Shown here: positions 1-7,741 of the stretch, one piece after another | How positions within the stretch are numbered: position 1 is the stretch's first letter | Layout of the letters: each line of letters begins with the position of its first letter | Source of the DNA: a phage | DNA length: 64,000 nt | Sequence record: PV805631.1 | Strand: one strand, 5' to 3' | Notes under the pieces: model-generated | What the model was told of the DNA's origin: nothing | Databases searched by the model: none | What the model saw: only the letters and a program-made list of their open reading frames with translations | Program-made: the position numbers and the translations under genes

Positions 1-88
1 TGACAGGGGCTACACCCTTACACGTTAACTACCCCCCCGGTATGTTGACTCATGGGTGTACTACCCTACCCCACCTTACACGTTACAC

Positions 89-108
89 GTTGCTCCGCAA
101 CTTATGGA
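89..108 (+). promoter_or_regulatory. Candidate virion-RNAP early promoter hairpin (copy 1): GTTGC-TCC-GCAAC followed by TTATGGA
   Basis: Perfect 5-bp stem with 3-nt loop; same GC-TCC-GC core and TTRTGG downstream box recur at 768 and 4761; lies upstream of the first early ORF. Confidence 0.5.
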
Positions 109-144
109 CATGTCGTCCTATCATCAACTATTGGAGCTATCATC

Positions 145-468
145 ATGACTACTACCGCTACTGTACGTATGACCGCAGGAACTCTGCTGGGTACTGTTAA
201 CTCTGCTGCCACTACTGTGGCAGATTCATTCGGTGCTGCTACTAAAGCAGTTGGTATGCTTAATTCTTACGTAGCTACTATGGCAAAGAAACAAGCCATT
301 CGTACTAAATTAGAAATGCATACTTTCGAAAACAAATTAGCTGAAGAAACAGCTATGAACGAGACTCTTCGTAAGAAAAGTATCGAAGAATTCTGCAAAG
401 ATCCAGAAAACGCTCGTATCTATAACGCAGAATATTCAAGAATAATTGACATCCTGTCTAAAGACTAA
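145..468 (+). CDS. Hypothetical early protein (107 aa)
   Basis: ORF 52..468 trimmed to the ATG at 145, which has a GGAG 8 nt upstream and sits downstream of the hairpin at 89-101. Confidence 0.5.
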   Translation: MTTTATVRMTAGTLLGTVNSAATTVADSFGAATKAVGMLNSYVATMAKKQAIRTKLEMHTFENKLAEETAMNETLRKKSIEEFCKDPENARIYNAEYSRIIDILSKD

Positions 469-471
469 ATC

Positions 472-498
472 AATAGGAGGCTCTTCGAGCCTCCTATT
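472..498 (+). promoter_or_regulatory. Perfect 12-bp hairpin (AATAGGAGGCTC / GAGCCTCCTATT, 3-nt loop) just after the stop codon; no U-tract
   Basis: Inverted repeat read directly; stem contains an AGGAGG; related sequence reused in the terminator at 2621-2657. Confidence 0.4.
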
Positions 499-506
499 AA
501 GGGCAT

Positions 507-521
507 TAGATAGATAGATAG
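507..521. repeat. Short (TAGA)n microsatellite
   Basis: TAGATAGATAGATAG read directly. Confidence 0.6.
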
Positions 522-557
522 TCAGTTCTGTATAAAAAGATAGGAGAGATACCTACT

Positions 558-704
558 ATGAGCAAACTAAAAAACGCATTCATGCTGATTGTCAGTGTCC
601 TTGCACTTGTTGTTATGGTTTCCGTATACATTGGAAAACCTCTGGTAAACACTGACTATGGTAATGGTCAGAAAGTAAAATCCATCCTGCTAACGGATAA
701 GTAA
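558..704 (+). CDS. Small hydrophobic protein (48 aa), below the ORF-track cutoff
   Basis: ATG with AGGAGAG upstream; one predicted transmembrane helix (AFMLIVSVLALVVMVSVYIG). Confidence 0.3.
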   Translation: MSKLKNAFMLIVSVLALVVMVSVYIGKPLVNTDYGNGQKVKSILLTDK

Positions 705-767
705 AATGTCCCTGAATCTAAATCACCGTAAGAATCTCAGGATATCTTACATACCCTAAAAGACAAC

Positions 768-787
768 GACGCTCCGCGTCTTATGGA
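768..787 (+). promoter_or_regulatory. Candidate virion-RNAP early promoter hairpin (copy 2): GACGC-TCC-GCGTC followed by TTATGGA
   Basis: Same architecture as copy 1; about 100 nt upstream of the ATG at 889. Confidence 0.5.
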
Positions 788-888
788 TGATGTAAATGCA
801 TCCACTAATCATTGAAATTTTATCCTTTTGTTTGGGTGTTCTCACCGACGAGTTCACCCGTAAATCACATAAATCTGGAGAGTACAAA

Positions 889-1272
889 ATGTCTATTCAA
901 AAATTCACTTTCGGTCAATCTAACGCTGCTGCTACTTCTACTGCTAAAGCGGATAAACCTAAAGCTCAGTTCTGGCTGAACATTGGTTATGTAGCTAATG
1001 AAGGTTCCGATGATGAGAAATTCATCTCGCTGCCTACTGGTATTCCACTGGATACTCAGGAACCGCTGCCTACTAACAGCAGCAATGCTGACTTCCGTGC
1101 TATGCGTTGTGCACAGAACGATTTGTTGGAACAGTTAATTGAATATGCTCAGAACCTGAAACCAGGTGAAGAAGGTATCATTAACCTGCAAGTTCAACTT
1201 CGTCGTGTGAAAGCAGAGGCTGCTGACATCCCAGCAGACGAGAATAAATATGCTCGTAAACTGACTTTCTAA
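889..1272 (+). CDS. Hypothetical early protein (127 aa)
   Basis: ORF 796..1272 trimmed to the ATG at 889 with GGAGAG upstream; followed by a terminator. Confidence 0.5.
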   Translation: MSIQKFTFGQSNAAATSTAKADKPKAQFWLNIGYVANEGSDDEKFISLPTGIPLDTQEPLPTNSSNADFRAMRCAQNDLLEQLIEYAQNLKPGEEGIINLQVQLRRVKAEAADIPADENKYARKLTF

Positions 1273-1281
1273 TCAACAACT

Positions 1282-1310
1282 GGACTCCCTTCGGGGAGTC
1301 CTTTTATTTT
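1282..1310 (+). terminator. Intrinsic terminator (GGACTCCC-TTCG-GGGAGTCC + TTTTATTTT)
   Basis: 8-bp GC-rich stem, TTCG loop, U-tract. Confidence 0.7.
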
Positions 1311-1375
1311 AACTATGCGATAAACTAAGTAGAGTGTAATCCTACTTTTAGACGAAGAGAGACTAAGAGGTAAGT

Positions 1376-1870
1376 ATGAAGAAACCATATGGCTATTGGC
1401 AACAATCTGCTCACAATTTAGCCAAGATTCATGACCAATCTGATGCTCAGAGTAATGGGTACATATATGTAAAACATGATGGTAAAACCGTACTTTTACA
1501 TGTGTGGATTTGGGAGCAAATCAACGGTGCTATACCGGAAGGGTATGAGATAGACCATGAAAATGGTATCCGTTGGGACTGTAGGTTAAGCAACCTACGA
1601 TGCGTACCAAAGCTAATTAACCTAAGAAACTCAGCAAAACAAGCTAACAATACATCTGGTACTACTGGTGTAAGTATCATTACAGATAGGGGCAGAGAAT
1701 ATTGGATTGCTACATGGAGTGAGCCAGTTACAGGCAAGAAGAGAATGAAGCGCTTCAGTGTACAGAAGAATGGCTATGATACTGCTAAGCAGCTAGCCAT
1801 CAACTATCGTACAGAAGTTCTAAAAGATTTAATTAAAAATCATGACTATACAGAACGTCACGGTATGTGA
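1376..1870 (+). CDS. HNH homing endonuclease with AP2-like DNA-binding domain
   Basis: HNH_3-like motif (EIDHENG...NLR) plus AP2-like segment (NTSGTTGV...W); clear paralog of the ORF at 33131. Confidence 0.75.
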   Translation: MKKPYGYWQQSAHNLAKIHDQSDAQSNGYIYVKHDGKTVLLHVWIWEQINGAIPEGYEIDHENGIRWDCRLSNLRCVPKLINLRNSAKQANNTSGTTGVSIITDRGREYWIATWSEPVTGKKRMKRFSVQKNGYDTAKQLAINYRTEVLKDLIKNHDYTERHGM

Positions 1871-1947
1871 ATAGGGCTTTTCGACGAAGAGTCACTAAAA
1901 CTTAAACGTAAACAGAAGCAGATAACTTAGAGTAAGGAGTAATCAAG

Positions 1948-2133
1948 ATGCGTGTACTATGTAACCGTTATAATCCAGCAAAGTTAATCGACTTTATGGA
2001 ACCCATTGGTAGTCGTATGACTTATGCTGCTCGTTGGCAGGTATCCATAGCTGATAGTAGAGAACGTACTTATGACTACTTCTTTGTAGCTAAGCCTACT
2101 CGTAAACAAATCCGTAAACTTCACAAAGGATAA
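1948..2133 (+). CDS. Hypothetical protein (61 aa)
   Basis: ORF with AAGGAG upstream. Confidence 0.4.
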   Translation: MRVLCNRYNPAKLIDFMEPIGSRMTYAARWQVSIADSRERTYDYFFVAKPTRKQIRKLHKG

Positions 2134-2137
2134 TGCT

Positions 2138-2290
2138 ATGAAGCTACTGGCAGAGATTCTATGTATTTTATTAATGATACTGCTGGTAGCTGCATTTCCG
2201 TGGCTATTAGCCGTAGGTATAGTTATTGGTATGTTCCTAGCCAGAGCGAGTGATGCTCGTGGTAGGGATGAGCCAGGTGGAGATGTGTAA
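2138..2290 (+). CDS. Small membrane protein (50 aa), below the ORF-track cutoff
   Basis: ATG 8 nt after AAGGA; hydrophobic core LLMILLVAAFPWLLAVGIVIGMFLA. Confidence 0.3.
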   Translation: MKLLAEILCILLMILLVAAFPWLLAVGIVIGMFLARASDARGRDEPGGDV

Positions 2291-2322
2291 ACACTGCCGG
2301 AAGGGTATGTACGGAGGAACCA

Positions 2323-2496
2323 GTGATATTCACTAACATTGAAGATGCCATTGAAGAATGTATCTTCCGTAGATATCACACTGGAGTACAGAAACGACAC
2401 TATGGTGTTGTGCAACTCAATGGCTATCAAATGGCTGTAAGAATTGTACGTAACAATAAACCTTTTAACTTTATGTGGAGTACTAAACATGCGTAA
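2323..2496 (+). CDS. Hypothetical small protein (57 aa, GTG start)
   Basis: GGAGG 5 nt upstream of the GTG; open frame to TAA. Confidence 0.25.
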   Translation: MIFTNIEDAIEECIFRRYHTGVQKRHYGVVQLNGYQMAVRIVRNNKPFNFMWSTKHA

Positions 2497-2620
2497 GTCA
2501 TTAATCATGGGAACCAAAGCTGACGTACAGAAGATGAAAGAACGTCTGGCTGCTAAGAAACAGGCATCTGAACCAGTACGTAAGATTGTTACCTTCAATC
2601 ATCCGTGCATCAAATAGTAA

Positions 2621-2657
2621 GGAGTCCTCCAATAGGAGGCTCCTATTTTTTATTTTT
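2621..2657 (+). terminator. Intrinsic terminator (bulged stem containing AATAGGAGGCTCC, then TATTTTTTATTTTT)
   Basis: Stem-loop plus long U-tract. Confidence 0.65.
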
Positions 2658-2694
2658 GAATAGTTAGACATGTATTTAAATAGGAGAAAGAACC

Positions 2695-3003
2695 TTGAAT
2701 GAAATAGTATGCATACTTCCACACTTAGCTAAAGTAGCTGATAGGAATATACGGATACATTTACCCTTCCCATTAAGTAATCCATTTACTCGTAATGAAA
2801 GAACCACAGTAGAGGATATAGAGGTAGCTTATGAGGCTTACCTTCGCAATCGTCTTATTAGTGGTGACAAATTAATTACAGCAGAGATGGAAAGGATTGC
2901 TGGTTTTGTCACAGATAGTACAAAGAAACCTGTTGGTTTAATTGGTACTGAATCTGATGTTAACGTTATTCGTAAAATATTAATGGAGGCTCTAAGCCAA
3001 TGA
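2695..3003 (+). CDS. Hypothetical protein (102 aa, TTG start per ORF track)
   Basis: ORF track; AGGAGA upstream; start codon uncertain. Confidence 0.4.
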   Translation: MNEIVCILPHLAKVADRNIRIHLPFPLSNPFTRNERTTVEDIEVAYEAYLRNRLISGDKLITAEMERIAGFVTDSTKKPVGLIGTESDVNVIRKILMEALSQ

Positions 3004-3221
3004 TGTACATGAGCAATTATGGTATTTGCCCAGTCTGTAAGAAAGGACGTGGAGTTGCTAATCATAAGAAGTGTAGTCGTATATTGCAGAAACAACGGAA
3101 CCAGGAAGAATGGTCTAAGGTGCTGGAAAATCAGCACAAAGAAGAGAATCAACAGATGGCTGTTAAGGCATCTACTCAACGTATTCGCCGTATTAACTAT
3201 ATACAAGGATACCAAAAGTGA
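3000..3221 (+). CDS. Hypothetical Cys-containing basic protein (73 aa)
   Basis: ORF track; CPVCKK...C arrangement suggests a zinc ribbon. Confidence 0.4.
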   Translation: MMYMSNYGICPVCKKGRGVANHKKCSRILQKQRNQEEWSKVLENQHKEENQQMAVKASTQRIRRINYIQGYQK

Positions 3222-3475
3222 TTATTACATTCCCTGTAACTAAATCATTTAACTATATGGGACAAACTATTGAAGTCCCATTATGGGTTAAATATGTAGC
3301 CTTATTACCTCGTCCTCAGAAGAGTAAGAATGCCTCACTAATTGGATTTAGTAGAAAGCCTAAGCTAACTGAAAACTGTATTTGGAAGTCCAGCGGCAGA
3401 CAAGAAGAAATTGGTTTTTGTGACTATGTACCTCAACCGAATACAGTATATCTAACCCTGGAGAAAGTAGAGTGA
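3218..3475 (+). CDS. Hypothetical protein (85 aa)
   Basis: ORF track; stop/start overlap with neighbours. Confidence 0.45.
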   Translation: MIITFPVTKSFNYMGQTIEVPLWVKYVALLPRPQKSKNASLIGFSRKPKLTENCIWKSSGRQEEIGFCDYVPQPNTVYLTLEKVE

Positions 3476-3786
3476 ATAATATTGTAGTAGTACATGATAA
3501 TACATTTACTGACGTCGATAAGATGATGCGTAATATTGATTATGTATCTCAGACTAGTAAAGCATTTAATGAAAAGTTCATTATTTACTGTGAACCAGAA
3601 TCACCGCTGGTTCCCGTATTAAAGGAAGCTGGTCTACCCTTCTCTACAGAGAACTTCCCAGAGGAACCAGAGTATATGATCACATTCATATATGACTTAC
3701 ACGATGGCTCTCCTGCTAGTGAACTGGCTATGAACCAGTGGAGTAGTAAACGTCCTGTATATGCTTTCCAGGTACTTAAACCATGA
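3472..3786 (+). CDS. Hypothetical protein (104 aa)
   Basis: ORF track; stop/start overlaps. Confidence 0.5.
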   Translation: MNNIVVVHDNTFTDVDKMMRNIDYVSQTSKAFNEKFIIYCEPESPLVPVLKEAGLPFSTENFPEEPEYMITFIYDLHDGSPASELAMNQWSSKRPVYAFQVLKP

Positions 3787-4025
3787 TCTATGAAGAATAT
3801 TATGTATTCAAAAAAGGAAATGATTTTATAGCTATGCCCAATGATTACATGGATTGGCATACAACTCCTGTATTAAAAGAAGCATTTTCCGTACCTAACC
3901 TGGAAGAGGTTAATAAAGTAATGAACGGAGTAATGCTAACAAGAGGTATGGCTTACAAAATAGACGCATTAGAAGGAGCTTCTGTATGCAAAGTAACTAC
4001 ATCCATTGAGGTACTTAAACCATGA
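3783..4025 (+). CDS. Hypothetical protein (80 aa)
   Basis: ORF track; stop/start overlaps. Confidence 0.45.
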   Translation: MIYEEYYVFKKGNDFIAMPNDYMDWHTTPVLKEAFSVPNLEEVNKVMNGVMLTRGMAYKIDALEGASVCKVTTSIEVLKP

Positions 4026-4402
4026 AAGCTATCTCATTAGGTGATAACACCAATACTCTAATGGGTGAAACTGCTCGCTCAATTACTATTGTTAATAAAC
4101 ATCATGGTAAATCCGGTGAGTATATTGGGCGTGGCTCACCGTTAGGCAATCCATTCATCATTGGTAAACATGGAACCAGAGAGCAAGTAATTGCTAAGTA
4201 TAGAGTCTGGCTGCAAGAACAGATTGATAAAGGTAATCCAGCTGTACTGGATGAACTCAATCGTCTTGGTAATAAAGCCATTGACGAGAAAGGGCTGGCC
4301 TTACAGTGCTTCTGCTATCCCAAACCATGTCATGGTGAGGTTATTAAAGAGAAGCTCGTTCGGGCTATGTATAACTATTTTGTAGAAAATCCAAAAGGGT
4401 AA
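4022..4402 (+). CDS. DUF4326-like conserved phage protein
   Basis: YIGRGSPLGNPF motif and C-terminal C-x-C...C-H cluster recalled as typical of DUF4326; function unknown. Confidence 0.45.
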   Translation: MKAISLGDNTNTLMGETARSITIVNKHHGKSGEYIGRGSPLGNPFIIGKHGTREQVIAKYRVWLQEQIDKGNPAVLDELNRLGNKAIDEKGLALQCFCYPKPCHGEVIKEKLVRAMYNYFVENPKG

Positions 4403-4405
4403 CTA

Positions 4406-4756
4406 ATGAAAGAAATCTTAGTATTCACTACCAATGTACTTGGGCAGCATACCAATGCTGCTGCCAAGTTAGCTTATAAGAAGCACGGTGCACGTTGGGG
4501 TATGGCCTACGGTCATTATGGTAATAGCTTTGCCATTCCAGTAAGGGATGGCAATGGTAACCGAATTAAAGAGGGTGCTATCTATGGCTTCGTTGAAGGC
4601 TTTATTTCCTATGCATCTACTAATCCACAGTGGGATTTCAAAGTAATGGGAGATGACTTTCTGGACCCATACCTGTTCAATAATGTTACTGGCAATGTAC
4701 TGTTACCAGAAGCATGGCGTAAATACTTAGGTGATGCTTACAACTACTGGTCATAA
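4406..4756 (+). CDS. Hypothetical protein (116 aa), possibly Rossmann-like
   Basis: ORF track; N-terminal beta-strand/Gly motif (ILVFTTNVLGQH). Confidence 0.45.
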   Translation: MKEILVFTTNVLGQHTNAAAKLAYKKHGARWGMAYGHYGNSFAIPVRDGNGNRIKEGAIYGFVEGFISYASTNPQWDFKVMGDDFLDPYLFNNVTGNVLLPEAWRKYLGDAYNYWS

Positions 4757-4760
4757 GAAG

Positions 4761-4780
4761 GGTGCTCCGCACCTTGTGGT
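4761..4780 (+). promoter_or_regulatory. Candidate virion-RNAP early promoter hairpin (copy 3): GGTGC-TCC-GCACC followed by TTGTGG
   Basis: Same architecture as copies 1 and 2; immediately upstream of the RNAP subunit operon. Confidence 0.5.
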
Positions 4781-4804
4781 AATTAACTAATTGGAGAATA
4801 TGCG

Positions 4805-5623
4805 ATGTACTCATCTATCGAACATCAGAAGCAACTCGAAGTACTATTCAATAAAAATCAGCTCCTGCCAAGGATGCGAAAAGAGTTCGAGGACTCCAAA
4901 GAAATTGACTTTAAGGCATTCGCTGCCTATTTGGAAATTGATTATAAACTGCTCATTGATGCAATGGTGCAGATTGCCCTACATAAACGTGCTGACATCC
5001 AGACTATGATTGGCTCTCTCATGAGTCACTCAGATGATGCTCAGTACATCGCTGACTGTCTGTATAAGATGGCAGAGAATGACTGCTTCAACTATGACCC
5101 TACCATCGACAAGTTCGGTGTTATCTATGAGATTAGTGAAGATGTTCAGATGGAACTGGAAGCATTCCAGTATCCATTACCTATCGTAAGTGCTCCTAAT
5201 CCTGTCAGAACTAACAGGGATACTGGTTACTACCAGACTAAGGGAAGCATTATCCTCAAGAAGAACCATCATGAGATGGATGTCTGCCTTGACCATATCA
5301 ACCGTATGAACAATCAACGTCTCTGTATTAACTGGGATGTTGCTAACTATGTAAAAGACTCTCGTCCTAATATGGATAAACCCAAAGAGGGTGAAACCCG
5401 TCAGGACTATGAGAAACGTGTTAAAGCCTTTGAGAAGTACAGTCGTACCGCTAAGGAAGTAATGGAGTTAGTGACTCAGGAAGGTAATAACTTCTCACTA
5501 GCGCATAAGTACGATAAGAGAGGGAGAACCTATGCCTGTGGATACCATATTAACTATGCTGGGACGTCCTACAACAAGGCAGTGGTTGAATTTGCAGACA
5601 AAGAACTAGTAAACGAGGATTAG
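4805..5623 (+). CDS. Phage RNA polymerase II small subunit (N4 RNAP1-like)
   Basis: About 270 aa gene directly upstream of the catalytic subunit; assigned by synteny with the N4 two-subunit enzyme, no motif confirmed. Confidence 0.5.
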   Translation: MYSSIEHQKQLEVLFNKNQLLPRMRKEFEDSKEIDFKAFAAYLEIDYKLLIDAMVQIALHKRADIQTMIGSLMSHSDDAQYIADCLYKMAENDCFNYDPTIDKFGVIYEISEDVQMELEAFQYPLPIVSAPNPVRTNRDTGYYQTKGSIILKKNHHEMDVCLDHINRMNNQRLCINWDVANYVKDSRPNMDKPKEGETRQDYEKRVKAFEKYSRTAKEVMELVTQEGNNFSLAHKYDKRGRTYACGYHINYAGTSYNKAVVEFADKELVNED

Positions 5624-5624
5624 T

Positions 5625-6206
5625 ATGAAGACATGTTCAGTATGTAAGAAGAACTTGCCTCTGGACATGTTCAATAAACAGTCCACAGGTAAGCAAGGTG
5701 TAAGGGCAGACTGTAAAGACTGCCTTAAACGATTTATCCGTTCAAAACACGGAGTCATTAATCAGATGTACTCCGGTTGTATCAGTAGAACTAAGAAGAA
5801 GGGGTTTACTCCTGTATCTTTCACAAAGGAGGAACTAGAGAAATGGGTGTATTCAAGTAAAGAATTTCACGAATTATATGATGAATGGGTATCGAAAGAT
5901 TACCCAACTAACCTAAAGCCGAGCTTAGATCGGTTGGATGATTATAAAGGTTATTCACTGGACAACATTCGTATTGTTACAGCGAATACCAACGTAAAAA
6001 GGTACTACTCTGATGCAATCAATGGTATCAACACCAAATCAGCTAAGCCTGTTGAGCAGTATTCACTAGATGGTAAATACATTAAGACGTTCCATTCACT
6101 TAGTGCTGCTGCACGAAGTGTTAAGGGTATACCCTCTAATATTAATCAAGTAATTAACGGTACATATGCGCAAGCATATGGCTATAAGTGGAAACTAGGA
6201 GCCTAA
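5625..6206 (+). CDS. Diverged HNH-like homing endonuclease candidate between the RNAP subunit genes
   Basis: N-terminal CxxC...CxxC; DRLDD...NIRIVTANTN aligns with the HNH_3 motif of the other HNH ORFs but has Arg where they have the first His. Confidence 0.45.
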   Translation: MKTCSVCKKNLPLDMFNKQSTGKQGVRADCKDCLKRFIRSKHGVINQMYSGCISRTKKKGFTPVSFTKEELEKWVYSSKEFHELYDEWVSKDYPTNLKPSLDRLDDYKGYSLDNIRIVTANTNVKRYYSDAINGINTKSAKPVEQYSLDGKYIKTFHSLSAAARSVKGIPSNINQVINGTYAQAYGYKWKLGA

Positions 6207-6207
6207 G

Positions 6208-7425
6208 ATGCAGATTTTCACAGCTAAAGAATATTTAAAAATTGATATTGCCAATTCTTACGGGCTGGATAAGAAGACATGGGATGAGCGTATTAGCTGG
6301 TTCGATGAGAATGAAGCTAACCTGCTTAATCTGGTAGATGAAGCTGAAGAATCCGCACTGTTCTATGCTGGCGTAAACGCATGGAAAGACATGAAAGCCG
6401 GTAAACCTATCGGTTATGCCGTAGCTCTGGATGCTACATCATCTGGTTTGCAGTTACTGGCTTGCCTGACTGGTGACCGTTCTGCTGCTGAACTATGTAA
6501 CGTAGTTAACTACATGGGTGAGAACGGTAAGCCATTACGTCGTGATGCTTATACAGTTATCTATCACAAGATGCTGGACATCCTTGGTGAATCATCCCGT
6601 ATTAAACGTAGTGATACTAAGCAGGCAGTTATGACTGCGTTCTATGGTTCAGAAGCTAAGCCTAAAGAAGTATTCGGTGAAGGTATTCGTCTCAAGACTT
6701 TTGAGAATGTAATGGAAACAGTTGCTAGTGGACCTTGGGCACTGAACAAGTTCTTACTGCAATGTGGTAACCCGGATGCTAACCGTTACGTATGGGTACT
6801 GCCTGACAACTTCCATGCTGTCATTAAGGTCATGGTTCCAGAAGTACAGACCGTTAACTTCTTAGGTAAGCCATTCGACATCACCCGTATGGTACAGGGT
6901 ACTGAAGATAAGACTCGTATGCTCTCTGCTAACATCACTCACTCTATTGATGGGATGGTGGTACGTGAAATGCTGCGTCGTTGTAACTTCAACATGAACC
7001 AGGTGAACTATGTTAAGTCCCTCTGTGAAGGAACCAGTGAGTATATGCTGGGTACTAGCGGGAACTACGACATGGTTAGTCAACTGTGGCATAACTATGA
7101 GAAATCAGGATTCCTGTCTACCCGTATCTTTGATTATCTGGATTCTGACTCAATTAAACTGGTTGATACAGATGTAATCATGGCTATGATTAATACTATG
7201 CCTAAGAAACCATTCCCTGTAATGACTGTACATGACTGCTTCCGTTGTCATCCTAACTACGGTAATGATCTGCGTCGTCAGTACAATCAGATTCTGTCTG
7301 ACATTGCTAAGAGTGATCTACTGGGCTTCATCCTGTCTCAGGTACTGGGACAAGAGTTCTCTGCTGGTAAGCTGGATGACAGCCTCTGGCAGGACATCCT
7401 TGAAACAGACTATGCGTTAAGTTAA
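6208..7425 (+). CDS. Phage RNA polymerase II catalytic subunit (N4 RNAP2-like, T7-family)
   Basis: T7-RNAP-like motif A (LDATSSGLQLLA), motif B (RSDTKQAVMTAFYGS) and motif C (VHDCF). Confidence 0.8.
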   Translation: MQIFTAKEYLKIDIANSYGLDKKTWDERISWFDENEANLLNLVDEAEESALFYAGVNAWKDMKAGKPIGYAVALDATSSGLQLLACLTGDRSAAELCNVVNYMGENGKPLRRDAYTVIYHKMLDILGESSRIKRSDTKQAVMTAFYGSEAKPKEVFGEGIRLKTFENVMETVASGPWALNKFLLQCGNPDANRYVWVLPDNFHAVIKVMVPEVQTVNFLGKPFDITRMVQGTEDKTRMLSANITHSIDGMVVREMLRRCNFNMNQVNYVKSLCEGTSEYMLGTSGNYDMVSQLWHNYEKSGFLSTRIFDYLDSDSIKLVDTDVIMAMINTMPKKPFPVMTVHDCFRCHPNYGNDLRRQYNQILSDIAKSDLLGFILSQVLGQEFSAGKLDDSLWQDILETDYALS

Positions 7426-7432
7426 TAAACTG

Positions 7433-7467
7433 GCCTCATACCTTCGGGTATGGGGCTTTTATTTTTT
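7433..7467 (+). terminator. Intrinsic terminator (10-bp stem, TTCG loop, TTTTATTTTTT)
   Basis: Read directly. Confidence 0.7.
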
Positions 7468-7484
7468 GCTTGGAGGTAGTCAAC

Positions 7485-7667
7485 ATGACAGACATCTATG
7501 ATGTTATTACTAAAACTGTACTGATAGTTTTATCTGCTATTGTGGTATTCACTATAGCCAATGTTCATAAATCCAAGTTTTCCTATTGCTACTATGGAGC
7601 ATACTCTGCCGGTTGTTTTGTATTAGCCGGTTGGATAGCTTACTGGATTTACCGCATCAACAACTAG
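7485..7667 (+). CDS. Small membrane protein (60 aa)
   Basis: ATG with GGAGG 7 nt upstream; two hydrophobic segments; terminators on both sides. Confidence 0.4.
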   Translation: MTDIYDVITKTVLIVLSAIVVFTIANVHKSKFSYCYYGAYSAGCFVLAGWIAYWIYRINN

Positions 7668-7696
7668 CCACCCTCATGGGTGGCTTTCTTTTTTAT
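7666..7696 (+). terminator. Intrinsic terminator (AGCCACCC-TCAT-GGGTGGCT + TTCTTTTTT)
   Basis: Read directly. Confidence 0.7.
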
Positions 7697-7741
7697 CAGC
7701 CTTCATAATAATTAGGCATATTTACTCAAGAGGATACATGT

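Noticed and set aside
52-468. Long form of the first ORF starting at 52
   Set aside because: The extension would span the candidate promoter hairpin at 89-101 and lacks an RBS; the ATG at 145 with GGAG upstream is preferred.
1447-1737. Minus-strand ORFs inside plus-strand genes (e.g. 1447-1737, 1984-2598, 9384-9677, 10850-11260, 18738-19364, 21759-22163, 28865-29116)
   Set aside because: They lie antisense to better-supported genes in a block that is otherwise entirely plus-strand.
2489-2617. 42-aa ORF overlapping the end of the 2323-2496 ORF
   Set aside because: Very short and overlaps another low-confidence ORF; insufficient evidence.
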